Shown here: in pieces, positions 44,962 to 63,392 of the stretch
Numbering within the stretch: the first letter of the stretch is position 1
Layout: every line of letters starts with the position of its first letter
Origin: Amoebidium appalachense
Lineage: Eukaryota; Protista; Ichthyosporea
Assembly: GCA_963693365.1 (NCBI GenBank)
Contig: CAVNZM010000004.1
Coordinates: 4,333,447 to 4,397,446, forward strand
DNA: 64,000 nucleotides
Direction: 5' to 3'
Translations under genes and position numbers: made by a program
The notes under the pieces: model-generated
Seen by the model: only the letters and a program-made list of their open reading frames with translations
Databases searched by the model: none
Told to the model about the DNA's origin: nothing

Positions 44962-47400
44962 TTTTTTTTCTTTTGACTGGATTTATTCGACGGAAAGATA
45001 TGACAAGTATGCACGGCATACTGAGAAGACAATAAAAAAACTTCACGAGTTATCCAGTAACAAGTGCATACTGAGATACCTGAACACTGTGTGAAAATCA
45101 TATACATACTCAATGTGACGACCAACAGAATTCAACAAAAAGTCTAAAGTGTTCACATTGCCAGCTAGTGTAGCAGATACCCGGAGGGAACTTCGAGGTA
45201 AAACGCGACATAAAAATTCACACCTATCAACATGCTTGCGATTAAAAAGGTCAGCACAAAAGTGGCACCAGCGGCGATGAAAACAAGAATTACAGCGCCA
45301 CTGCACAACTTCCCAGGCAATATCAACATCAGAGCACCATAGTATTACAGACTTATCTACTAGGGTGGTATCCATACGTACAGCAGGAGAAATGTATCCT
45401 GCCAAAGCTCCCAAAAAGCGATAATGATCAGTACGGTCACGGTGTTGCCTAAGGAACATAACACATGCCGACTGAGTTTTACCTTTGATTTCTCTATCAG
45501 AACGAGAAAGAAACTTATACTGCGTATGGTAATAACGCGAAAAGGCAGAAAAAACAGGAAGAGAAAAGAAAGAGGGAGTGAGATAGCGAGAGGAAGAATC
45601 AGGTGGAAAGAGGGTAGGCTGAGGACATTCAGAAGTAGCGTTGGTGAATCGGGGGGGAAGAGGAATGGAGGGAGGGGGGGGAAAGAAAGCATAAAGAGGG
45701 TGACCATCAGGTAGCCTAACTAAATGAAAACAAAAACGAAGAGACAATTCCTCCATACGACAAACAGCAGACGACAAACCAAACATACTGATTAAGGGAG
45801 GCACAAACCGAGTACGAAACAAAGTGCGTAGCGCAGTACCCTGAAAATCGTCGAACTCGTTCAGCGCCATCATTGCCGCCTCGCGAGGTGGGGCGCAGGC
45901 CAATAGCGGAAGTCCATATTCGAAAGTCGGCCGTAAAAAAGTTTTATAGTAGAGAAGAAGGTTCGCAGGATGGATCACAGACTCCTGTTGAAACATATTT
46001 GACACGATGTGAAGCTTACCCTTCGCACGAGCGATCCGTGCTGTGAGGAGCTTGCGGAAATCAATACCCCGTGCAGTAAAAGGAATACCCAAATAGTCAT
46101 AGGTGCTCTGAACAGGAATAGGAAGGCCGGCCAATCGAAAGGAAGTGTTCTTCGAAAAAGTAGCACACTTTGCAATTCCGACTGTCATGAAATTCTCGGT
46201 GCACCATTGATCCACCTGACGAAGCACTGGCATCTGGTGCATGACATCTTCGGTTAAGGAACAAAGAACAATATCGTCCGCAAAAAGGAGACCCGGTACA
46301 CGAAGGGTATGTAGTTGGCCAAAGGGTTCGAGGGCGCAGGCTAAATCGTCAATGAAAACGTCAAACAACAACGGACTCAGGAGGGACCCCTGCAGAAGAC
46401 CCCGGGAACGGGAAAAACCGGGTGTTAATGTTCCATTGACCGCCGCGCGTCCGCGAGTGGTATCGAACAACGCTTGCAGAAGACGGCCAAAGGGGGCTGG
46501 TAAGCCCCGCATAGCTAGCTTATGCCATAACAAACCAGTGGGTACGGTGTCGTAGGCGTTCTTAAGGTCGATGAAGACAACGTGTGGAGAGCCAGAAGTA
46601 ATGGATTCATGGAGTAACAGACTGTGAGTATAACACGAATAGGCATGACGAAAGCCCCCTTGAAGGGAAGAAAGACGGAACACGGCGTTCAGAGAATCGT
46701 CGGTGTTAAACGCGCGAAGCATGCAACCCTCGAAGAGCCGACGAAAAACGTTGGTAAGTGTGACGGGACGAAAGTCGTTAATGACCCCCTGCGATACCTT
46801 CTTACGAACGGGCGTAACGATTGTGTCAAGCCACGAATTTGGAATAAACCCGAGTTCGAAAAAAGCCGAAATGTAATTTTGATCAATTTGGGGCTCATTG
46901 AGGCTGCCGGTAGGACAGGCCGCCGGTAGGACACTGGATTTACCCTAAGCCATCACACAATCGCCAATGGTCCGGCCAGGAAAAATATGACAGGGGAAAT
47001 ACCATGCGCGCAGTGACATTATATGGAATGTTTACGGCAATCGCTGATTGGTGAGCGCAATTTGTCAGCAGAATGGTCTTGTTAACCGTCAAGCGGCGAT
47101 CAGCTACGCATGACTTTTGCCAAACCAGGGTTCGCTGTAAGTCTGTTAACCAATCACAATCACAGTGGGCACTACATTCACCAATGGAATTTCCCCGGCG
47201 CCATTCTTTGCGGCTCCCGTCAAATCTGACCATTCGCCAACCAAAGGTTCGGCACGTGATCGGCGACTTATCAGGACTGAGCCATCACACGATTACCAAG
47301 GTTTTTGTCTGGACTCACTCATCACTCACAAATCCTGGCTGGGGCTATAATAGTAGAGAACTGCGAAGCTTCGCTAATGCTCGCTTCTCCGTTGATGTTT
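44962..47400 (-). mobile_element. Non-LTR retrotransposon (LINE), 5'-truncated or degenerate; 5' boundary approximate
   Basis: RT ORF (next feature); AATAAA at 44987-44982 and an A-rich tail at 44974-44962; frame-broken sequence upstream. Confidence 0.85.
45043..46722 (-). CDS. Non-LTR reverse transcriptase with a C-terminal Cys/His knuckle
   Basis: QGGFR, FIDLKNAYDTVP, RGLLQGSLLSPLLFDVFIDDL, LLFADDI, YDYLGI and C-terminal CHFCADLFNRKHVDRC. The frame continues upstream through NDFRPVTLTNVFRRLFEG. Confidence 0.95.
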   Translation of the reverse strand: MLRAFNTDDSLNAVFRLSSLQGGFRHAYSCYTHSLLLHESITSGSPHVVFIDLKNAYDTVPTGLLWHKLAMRGLPAPFGRLLQALFDTTRGRAAVNGTLTPGFSRSRGLLQGSLLSPLLFDVFIDDLACALEPFGQLHTLRVPGLLFADDIVLCSLTEDVMHQMPVLRQVDQWCTENFMTVGIAKCATFSKNTSFRLAGLPIPVQSTYDYLGIPFTARGIDFRKLLTARIARAKGKLHIVSNMFQQESVIHPANLLLYYKTFLRPTFEYGLPLLACAPPREAAMMALNEFDDFQGTALRTLFRTRFVPPLISMFGLSSAVCRMEELSLRFCFHLVRLPDGHPLYAFFPPPPSIPLPPRFTNATSECPQPTLFPPDSSSRYLTPSFFSLPVFSAFSRYYHTQYKFLSRSDREIKGKTQSACVMFLRQHRDRTDHYRFLGALAGYISPAVRMDTTLVDKSVILWCSDVDIAWEVVQWRCNSCFHRRWCHFCADLFNRKHVDRCEFLCRVLPRSSLRVSATLAGNVNTLDFLLNSVGRHIEYVYDFHTVFRYLSMHLLLDNS

Positions 47401-47716
47401 GATTGGGCGGAGGGATGTAAATCGATAATAATATATTTAGTACTTCGAAGTGCAATTAAAAGTCATATTTTAAGCGCAGCTTGCATCTTTCTATATAGAT
47501 AATATTTATAAAGGCACTTTTCTACGTACTATTGTTTTTAGTTTTTACTTCTATTGTAAAAATAAAGGCATTATTTGGAAAAGAACAGGTACCGCCGGAT
47601 CCGGTTTCCACCAACCTCACAGCTAAACTAACCATAAATGGTTCGCAACAATGTCAAAATTGGATTGAATCGGATCGATCCAATAGAACCTTACCGCGCT
47701 TATGATTGGCCGAAAG

Positions 47717-47778
47717 TTATATCGTCTTTTCGAAAATCACCTCCGAGTCCGGAGGTGATTTTCGAAAAGACGATATAA
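47717..47778. repeat. Perfect 29-bp stem, 4-nt loop palindrome
   Basis: TTATATCGTCTTTTCGAAAATCACCTCCG-agtc-CGGAGGTGATTTTCGAAAAGACGATATAA. Confidence 0.95.
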
Positions 47779-47817
47779 AAGCGATCACATCGTCTTTCCG
47801 AGAGATATAACTCTGCT

Positions 47818-47910
47818 GCGTGTTTGGCACGACACAAATTAGTATTCGTGGTATTGCGCGAAAATACGAATACGATGAAAAGACGATATAACTGCGCTGC
47901 CAAACACGCC
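47818..47910. mobile_element. Short MITE related to the 44458 element
   Basis: TIRs GCGTGTTTGGCA / TGCCAAACACGC; shares GAAAAGACGAT and AATACGA motifs. Confidence 0.55.
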
Positions 47911-47944
47911 GAAAAATCGTGGGTGGGTGGGTGGGTGGGTGCCG

Positions 47945-47981
<37 letters not shown>

Positions 47982-48024
47982 GGTGGGTGGGTGGGTGGGT
48001 GGGTGGGTGGGTGGGTGGGTGGGT

Positions 48025-48123
<99 letters not shown>

Positions 48124-48622
48124 TGTTATTTATTTTTATTTTTTGTATTTTGATGGCACGCGTACGCGTGGTGGGTACTGTACATGTGCACGCGTGGGCA
48201 CGTGATCATATGATCATGAGTGCATGCATAATGAAGGATCGAACAGACTGGCTAATGTAGGGACATTTTCAACAGTACTGTGCTGTATGTACAAGTGTCA
48301 GGGCCCTTCGAGGTTACATGTAGTTAGAGAAGGGCAATGTACTACCTACGTATGACGTAGTGTAGGGACGTGTACACGTGACCATTTGTGACAAAATTTT
48401 ATTGTGGAATGCGTTTCCGCGAAAGCACGAGCCCAGGAATCTCAAATTTCAAAACCCTGGTGGCCCCACCGTATAAACACAATTCTAGGCACGCTGACGG
48501 CTGGCACAGCCCTCCGCCCCTCCTCAACCTGCAGCGAGTCATTGTCAGAGTGTAATAGGATTGGGTTGTGAAAAACAGCTAGCAACAGAATTAACATCCT
48601 TTCTACATTAGGTGAGAAGAGG

Positions 48623-49817
48623 ATGAGGGTCGTAACGCTCTTTTCTGCCCTTGTGGCTTCAACGGCAGCCGCATCGCTCATGGACGTGCTGGAGGAACTG
48701 CTCAAGTCGCAGGTACGCACTCACTTCAATTTTTTATTTTTTTATTTTTTTTCTTTTTCTTTTTTCTTTTTTCTTTTTTCTTTTTTCTTTTTTCTTTTTT
48801 TTTGCCCGTTTTGTCCCGGAGGGAACCGCCCGGGGGGCCTCATAGGGTTACCATCTTCCACACAGCACCGACTGTACCATACATATAGTTAGAGTGCTAA
48901 AGGTGCAATCAGCTAAACTAATACACCGTACGAGTTATTAATGATTAATTGCCAAACCTAGCAAATAATTAGACTTTTGTGGTCATGGGATAAATATATA
49001 TAAGTACCGTCACATGTACAGTAATGTGCAATACATGTGTGTGATGTAGTAGAAGCTTGACTGTGTAGGTAGGCGGCGCACGTGGTCTGCATTGGTACGT
49101 GCACGTGCCACGGACATGCGTGGTTGCGAGGCTCCGCCGCCACCGATGTGTTCTGGTGGTACGAAGCGGAGACTCGAGTGAGGAGGGGGGCAGGGGTAAA
49201 GAGGTTTGGGACACTGAAGACTCTGAACCTTAGGGAGCCTGGAGGAAGGGGGTGGGGGTGGGTGATGGGGCCTACGTTGTGCTGATCATGTACTGTTAGC
49301 TAGACTAGTGCAGTCAGCCTCAGGGGGGAATTCTGCCGACGCCGTAGCTTTCACATGTCAGTACCAATTATTAGTGGTGTAACGGCTTGCCGTATGTGAG
49401 ATGTACCAGTGACGTACGAGTGAGCGGTTCAACCGTGTTGTGTGTCAGACTGTCTTGAGATGACTTGGTTGACGTGCTAAGTACTAGTGTACTATCATAG
49501 TATATACTAAGGCGTGATTGTGACAGCGGCCTAATTTTACATTGCCATGACTGCAGGCGTTTCTGTGTGCAATTGTGCACGCCGTGTGTGTGTGTGTGTG
49601 TAGTGTACATGTGTGTGTGTGTGCCATGATCAGTGACAATGACTGTCTGTGGCGGTGCTGCAAGGTGTGACTGTGTTGTTACAGTGCCTAATACTGAGCA
49701 CAGTGATTGAATTGTGCCACATTTTGTACCCGGCGGTGAGTGGGTGCATGAATAGAGCGACAAAGGGGAGAGTTCTCGTCCTGGGGGGTGGGGGGGGGGG
49801 GTGGAGGGGGGGGGGGT

Positions 49818-49850
<33 letters not shown>

Positions 49851-51021
49851 GCTCATTGAAATTGACCAGGTTGCCGTGACAGGCTGATCATGCATGACTG
49901 GGGGGGAGGTACGATGAATGGGCCTAGGTAGTCACCGGGGAAGGGGGGAGAGGAGGGGAGGGGGGGGGGGGGGGGGGGGGGGGGGTCGAAAAGGGTTTTT
50001 GGCCTGTAGGAAAGTTTGTATAAACGAGCAGGCTGCAGTTGTACATGTCCAACAGTTCAGGTGTTGGATCGAGCCTCTAAGTCATTCGATGAACTTCAAG
50101 TTAAAACATAGCTATAGCCTGCTGATCTCACACTCTCAATTCTTTGCAACAGGAACCTGCCCAAATGGTCCAGGAGAAGCAGCTGCAGGATTCTCAAAAA
50201 GGCTCTGGTAATTGCAAATTTTGGCAGCCCGTATACGACAAATGCTCTGTTCCATGCCTCCAGGCAGCGTGCTCCGGATGCGACCCCAGTTCAGGCAGTA
50301 CTTGTTGCACGAGTCAGGCAGAGAAGTGCGCTCAAGATTGCCGTGAACTGGCGGACGCGGCATGCCAATGGTATCGTTTCCAAAAACAGAAAGATGAGTG
50401 GGCTTCAAACCCCGGCGCCTCGCCCATCGACGTCACAGTGCCGGAGGAACAGCTCATTGGCAACCCGCAGGTACGCTTTCATTGATATGAGTAGACTTTT
50501 GTGCCCTCGAATAATCAACAGTACCGTAATGCCGCAGCAATGTATATGTGTAAGGTAGCTAGTAGAAGCTTGACTGTAGGTAGGTGGTGCACGTGGTCTG
50601 CTTTCATACGTGCAGGTTCCTGTGGTTGTCGATGTGTTGTGGTGGTGGCCGCCGCAGCGGGGTGAGAAGAGGGAGTGGAGGGGGGGGGGGGGGGAGAACT
50701 TTCGATGTTCAGGACACTAGGGACTCTGAACCTTAAGGAGCCTGGAGGAGGGGAGGGGGAAGCATTCCTAAGTAAATTAGTAATACTTAATACTGTTACA
50801 TAGCTAGGCGCGTGCAGTCAGCCTCACGGGAGAATTCTGCCGATGCCGTAGCCTTCTGAATCATCATTCAGTGGTGTAACGGTTTGTCGTATGTATGTGT
50901 GTACTCAGTGACCTGACTTAGTCTCTCCGACCAGTGACAAACGAGTGAGCTCGAGCGGTTCGACGGTGTTGTGTGTCAGGCTTGAGATGACTGGTGTTAA
51001 GCCACCGTGGAAGAGGGGGGG

Positions 51022-51060
<39 letters not shown>

Positions 51061-51464
51061 ACTGGAAAAGAGCTGTTGGACTGTTGGAAATTTGTATAAA
51101 CGAGCAGGCTGCAGCTGTACATGTCTTCAACAGTTCAAGGTTTGGATCGAGCCGTTGACTATGTCATTAGCCTAAATTAAATCATAGCCCGCTTTTTGCA
51201 CGCTGAACTTACACTCTTTATTCCCAACAGGAACCTGACCAACAGGAGAAGCAAAAAAACACCAGTGATTGCAAACTTTGGCAGTCCGAATACGACAAAT
51301 GCGCTGGCCCATGCCTCCAGCGAGCATGCGCTGCCGGCCCCGCGCCCAGTCCAGACAATAGTTCCTGTGTGCCACGGGCGGTGAAGTGCGTGCAAGATTG
51401 CCGCCAAATCGCGGACGCGGCATGCCAATGGTTTCATTTCCTAAGACACCACCCAATGGCTTAA
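48623..51464 (+). CDS. Secreted cysteine-rich protein (~213 aa) with two tandem exon-encoded modules
   Basis: Exons 48623-48712 (signal peptide MRVVTLFSALVASTAAA), 50153-50470 and 51231-51464 are all phase 0 with an open frame. Exons 2 and 3 are homologous. TATAAA at 48472. Confidence 0.88.
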
Positions 51465-52174
51465 TTTCAACAGACACAACCTTGCCGCTCAGTCCGCATG
51501 CCGGGAAAGCCGCAGTGTCATATTAGCCTGAGTGGCGCGCCGTAATCATGACGGAGAACACCCTAAACACTGTACTACTCCGTGACCTATGATATATATA
51601 CTTTGTATCTTCGGACGGTTTTCTACATATGTACCTTCTTGGGTGGAAGTACGTATACAGTTGGCCTTGGTGCCAACACAGCAGTGGCTATCACAGCTCG
51701 CATACTCATGATGTGTCAGTCGTTGAAACAGCAAGTTTGTAAAACTCCCGGCCCCCGGGCCAATACATTCAACTAGATAAGTACACACATTTCACTGTGA
51801 CCGGATTGTACCGTATGAGGTTATACAGTCAATTCATGTGTGCCAACAATGGCGTTCTGCCTGGATTGCACACCCCGAGCAGTACTTGAACTCAAGGTCC
51901 CATAGATAGTACAGCGCGCACTGCATCAGACCAGGGCCGGGGGCCCAGCAAGAGTAAGTTGCCCATCATGTCACAGTGCCTGCAGGGCCCGGAGGGCAAG
52001 TTCGTGTTGGTGTGCGTGCAGGTGTGTCTGCCAGAGAAACCTTGGAGGGACTCACGGGGAGGGGGGGGGAGCACAAAAAATGGTTGTTGCAAGGTCTATC
52101 TATACGAGTAACGTTGTTCTCGCCGAACAAGTGACAGCTACTACAATATATGCGTGCTTGCGGCAGCAATTTGT

Positions 52175-52211
<37 letters not shown>

Positions 52212-52254
52212 ACGTTAACTGAGGAAAAAAAGGGGGGGATCCGAGGGGTCCCGC

Positions 52255-52435
52255 AGGGCCCGGGGGTGGGGTTGGGTTTTTTGGGGGGGGAGGGGGGGGG
52301 GAGGGGGGGGGGGATGGCACAGCTGCGCTTCGAAAGCAAGTCACACTCTACTCATTGAATAGTTACTACTGCCCGTGCACATATGAGTAGAGTATACTTG
52401 CTTTCGAAGCGCACTTGTGCCATCCCCCCCTCCCT

Positions 52436-52467
<32 letters not shown>

Positions 52468-52494
52468 CACCCCCACTACCCCCACCCATACCCG

Positions 52495-52548
<54 letters not shown>

Positions 52549-52572
52549 CCCCCCCCCCCCCCCCCGGGCCCT
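52255..52572. repeat. Long foldback with a ~44-bp unique inner stem and poly(G)/poly(C) outer arms
   Basis: 52312-52355 pairs with 52383-52425; outer AGGGCCCGGGGG pairs with CCCCCGGGCCCT. Confidence 0.85.
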
Positions 52573-53074
52573 AGCCATTCTCTGGTCCCCTCCCGTCCCC
52601 ATGTACCTCCTGCCTCGGGCTCGCAGCTCCCGCTCAAATCTCCACCCCTTCAATTCTGCACACACCGTGTACCAGGTAATCATTATCATTGATCGTGAGT
52701 TCGAACGTGCACGTGCGTCACTTATTTAGTTAGACCGTAACGTCGATTTGTATTTGCGTACGCTAGCAATAAAAATACGGCACAGCATAAAGTAAAATAT
52801 GCCAAATCATTTGGTATGGCCATGTCCATCGTATTGAGTACGAGCGTGGTAGCTCGAACGGTGGGTGTGCGCATGCATGCAGCATTAATATTGTACGGCA
52901 TTGCCTATTGCCTAATATATTGCCTTTAAGTACGTCTGTCTGGCTCACGGCTGTACATATGTGTGCACATGCAACTGCTTTTTCAGATTCATTCAGATTG
53001 TACGGCACCGAGGCCACCTTCAGGACGTGCCAGGGGGCAATACGGTGGGGCTGTCATGGCCATTTGTGGTGGGG

Positions 53075-53135
<61 letters not shown>

Positions 53136-53333
53136 TGGAAGGGATTGGGGGGGTTGCAATGCAAGGGCACAGGGGTTCGGCGGGAGAGGAGGGTAGAGGG
53201 GGGAAGGCTGAAGCAGGGAGGAAGGGTTATGCATATGGTCTCCGGGAAAGCGAGGGGATGGGTGCTACGCGTGCATAGGTGGCTCAATGAGCCCACGAGG
53301 GGGGAAAGGGGGGGAGGGGCCCGGGGGGGGGGG

Positions 53334-53382
<49 letters not shown>

Positions 53383-53404
53383 CTCCGAGCTCGGAGGGAG
53401 AGAG

Positions 53405-53495
53405 GGTTTGTGATTGGCTGAAAAAGCATCAAATACAAAAAAGCGATTTGATTCGTCGATAGGGTATCATTTCTTTTTTTTTTGGCGCGCGTCCA
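53405..53495 (+). promoter_or_regulatory. Putative kinase promoter: reverse CCAAT box and E2F-like TTTGGCGCGC
   Basis: TGATTGGCTG at ~53411 and TTTGGCGCGC at ~53481; short-motif match only. Confidence 0.35.
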
Positions 53496-53628
53496 GGCCT
53501 GCAGGCTGCAGGCTGCAGGACTCCAGCCTTCACCAGTCTCTCCCCTATTGCTAGCACTCGCCAACCTTACTCTCCTCACCGCTCCCTCACGTTCTGTTTT
53601 CCCTACCTATTAGCCTAGCTTTAATACC

Positions 53629-53668
<40 letters not shown>

Positions 53669-53806
53669 TGCCGCCGCCCCTCCTACACCCTCACTCGCTG
53701 CCCAAGTGCAACTCCTCCGTTTCCGAACTGCAGAAAATGTTCATGTTTGAGCTCGTCTGAGTGGTCATGTCTTTGTTCCAACTTCTGCACCTGTGCACAA
53801 ATCGCC

Positions 53807-59857
<6,051 letters not shown>

Positions 59858-62800
59858 AGACGACACCTGCACATTGAGCTCCTGGCTGCACACAGGCAAA
59901 AACATCCTCTAGGGACGAGTAGAGAAATCTTCCGTATTATGGTCTTGTGAAAATTTGGCCCTAATCTTCCCCTCCTCCCCCCCCCCCCCCCCTCCCCCTC
60001 TCCCCTTTCTCCCCCCCTCCCCCCCCCCTCTCCCCTTTCTCCTCCCCCCCCCCCTCCCCTCCTTCCCCCCCCCTCCCCCGCTTCCCCTCCCCTCCTCCGC
60101 CCCCTGGGACGCAGCCCACACACAACCACACACATCCACGCGCACGCAGACATACACGTATACACATCTCGTGTGGGTTTCATTGTTGTACATATCGCTT
60201 GTCATGATTCTATGTAGTTGTATGTATGGATTATCGTAGTGTATGTATGTACGTTGCGTAAATGAATGTGCGTGCTGTATGCCAGAGAGTTATTGTAGTA
60301 ACCTTGTATGTATGCAAAACTAGTTATATTTATTGGAGTATTGTAAAGTGTAACGCCGTGTATTCAAATCTACCATATATATGTATAGTAATTAATCCAC
60401 TCACTGGCAGTTGCAGTTGCAGGACACTGGTAGAGCTCTGGGCGGGATCCGAGCCAGTTTTTATTAGAAGTACATAACATATTATTATTAAGGACCATGT
60501 ATTAGAACTATACATGCATGTCTCACTTGAAAAGGGTTCTCAAAGTAATTTTTTCCGTTTTTTTTTTTCTTTTTGGTCATTCACGGTGGCCATGGGTACC
60601 GGTATTGGTTCACATTCAAGAGAAGTTCCCAAAAGCTTTTAAATTTAAATAAAATAAAAAAACGATTATGATCGGCAGTAAACTGTTGCTGTACTAATTC
60701 TAATATCAATACACGGCACAGGATGCAGGTGGGTAATCAATACATGTGCTGAATAATATCACTGGCTAGTGCTGCCGCTACTAACGGGTGCATCAAAAAA
60801 AAACGGTGCCGAACAGTGTCTGATTTACCACGATGCGTGCACACATGTAAGTTGCCTGGTGGGAATGCTTGTGTGTGCACGTGTGCATGCGTGTGTGTGT
60901 GACAGTGTGTGTGTGACTGTGTGTGTGTTTGCCACGGTGTGTGTGTGTGTGTGTGTATGTGTGTGTGTTCATGTAGGGGCGTGGGGGGAAAGGGGGATCA
61001 TAAGGGGTTCGAGGCAGGGGGGGGGGGGGGGGGGAGGGGGGAGGGAGGGAATCTTGCTGGGGCTGGAGAAATTGACCTTTATTTGCAGGGGGAAGTCAAC
61101 CCCCCTCCCCTCCCTCCCCCTCTCTCCCCCCACTCCTCCCCCTCCCCTCCCCCCCAATCCCCCCCTCCTCCCCCCCCCCCCCCCCCCCCCCCCCCTTCCC
61201 CCATACACACACACACCCCACCCGGGCCTCCCCCCCCAACCCTCTCCATAATATTCCCCAGCCAACGTGTAACACAGCGCTTCCCCCCGGGCCAGATTTC
61301 GAGTAAGAGTCGCACAACCGGGTTGGTCGGCGGTGTCGACCGACCCGCCTACTACGTGCTACCCCTGTGTGTTTGTGTGTGTGTGTGTGTGACGTCTCGG
61401 GCTGTGTGTGTGTGTGTGTGTGTGCGTGTGTGTGTGTGTGTCTGTGTGCGCGTGTGTGTATGTGTCTGTGTGCGTGTGCGTGTGTGTGTGTGCGTGTCAC
61501 AGTGTGTGTGTGGGTGGGTGGGTGGGTGTGGGTGTGGGTGTGTCTGTGTGCGCTTGTGTGCGTGTACACCGTGTGTGTGTGTATGTGTGGGTGTGGGTGT
61601 GTCTGTGTGCGCTTGTGTGTGTGTGTGTGTGTGTGTATGTGTGTGTGTGGTCAGCACACGTGTGTGTGTGCGTGTGTGCGTGAGCGTGTGTGTGAGTACA
61701 CGTGTGTGTAAACACGTGTGTGCGTGTGTGCGTGTGTGCGTGTGCGCGTGCGCGTGTACGTACGTGTGCAGATGTGATGATTCCAGGGCAGGCTCGTCGA
61801 TCGTGCATCTGATTGGTGCAGACGACAATAAAAATCGAATTCGATGACGTCATTGTACCTTAAGCGGTTTATGATTAGTTCAGTATCATTGATGTAGTTC
61901 GGCGCTTTCCCCAGTTTACTGCAACAGCCGCACGCACTGATGGCAAGTTGGTCATCATTCCAACGTGATTCCAGGAAAACATAAGTTTCTAGAACATTGC
62001 GAGGGTGAAACTCTGAAAACAACCACCTGTTTTTCAACATTGTAGAGTAGCTTTGCCTATTTGCGAAGAAAAAACGTGCAACTGAATTCGAAACTCACAT
62101 GTAGCTATACGCGGCTATCTGCTTGTCGCTGTATAACACTAGTCCGCAAAAGTGCACTTGAAGAAGTTCGTTGTGACCGGTCTTTACACATTCACTCACC
62201 CTCGCTTCAAGGGTGAAAGAGTTTACCCACATGCATCAACTTCACATCTACCCAAGGCACACTTTACCTACGCAAACATGAGGATTGGCAACACTATAAC
62301 GCGCAGACACTCGGGACGTTTAGAGAGTCCAAGCACGAGTCACTTAAACTACAGCAGCTCTAAGGGAACAAAGGATGCGGACACAAAACAGGCCCAGGTG
62401 GTGGCTGTGTGCTGTGCCATGTTGTGTTACGCTGCAGTCATTGTATACGGACACATGTGCTCATGAGTTGAAAGCGTCTCTCAACAGTTTTGACGGGGAA
62501 AAACAGTAAAATTAAACATACCTCTTTACGCACAGATGACCTCCACCCGGAAATGTCGCGAAACTAGTACTTTTTTCATCAAGTTGAACGAATACGCGAA
62601 TGGAAAAAAAATCACATGTGCACCGTGCGGTTTTCAGCTCGAGCGGAAAGGAATTGACGGCGGTGAGGTGGGAGCTACCGCTGACTCTATCGAGGGAAAA
62701 AATTTGGGGAACGTGAACAGGGGTGGAATCATCATGGCATCGTTTAGTGTGTCGAGGAAAAACACAAAATGCACGTTGAAAAGGAATGTGCGAGAATTAT

Positions 62801-63392
62801 GTATGATTGGTTTGTAGCTGACGTCCCAACCTTTTGAAACGAAGTTTTTCGAAGGACCAGAAACGCAGTTAAGGGACAGTGCAGCATCAGTGATAAGCAG
62901 CAGTTGCTTTGCATGTTGTGTGCATGCATCTGTTACTCAGTATATACGTTCATTGTTTAACATGACGAAGTTAGGCTGCTGGTCCAAGGAAAGAACCTGT
63001 TTGTGAGGCAACTAGGCCTGCAAGGGTTCGCTTAGTGTATGCAGGGAGGTGTTAACGCCAGTTAGATGGATTATCGAACGAATGATGTGTTGGTACGCTA
63101 CTTGTATACTCTTCACTCTCATATACCTATGTTTAGGGGAGCTGGTATGGTAGAAAGATTCGGCAAAAATATATCCCTCTACGCTGCAGGTATAATTTTC
63201 ACTGCTATATACGTATGTATAGGGGAGCTGTAGAAAGAACTGGCAAGAATAATCCTCTGGCCGCATTCTTCTACATCATGCAAAAGATTGAAACATCTCA
63301 GGCTGGTCCAGGTTACAATCTAAGTATGCCTGCTAAATCTACAGTCGTGTAAAATTTCTCCTCCCCCCCTCCCCCCCCCCCCCCCCCCCCCG

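Noticed and set aside
51830-53070. Possible minus-strand exons (LMQCALYYLWDLEFKYCSGC; WHVLKVASVPYNL)
   Set aside because: No consistent spliced frame or recognisable family; could be a gene remnant but is unsupported.
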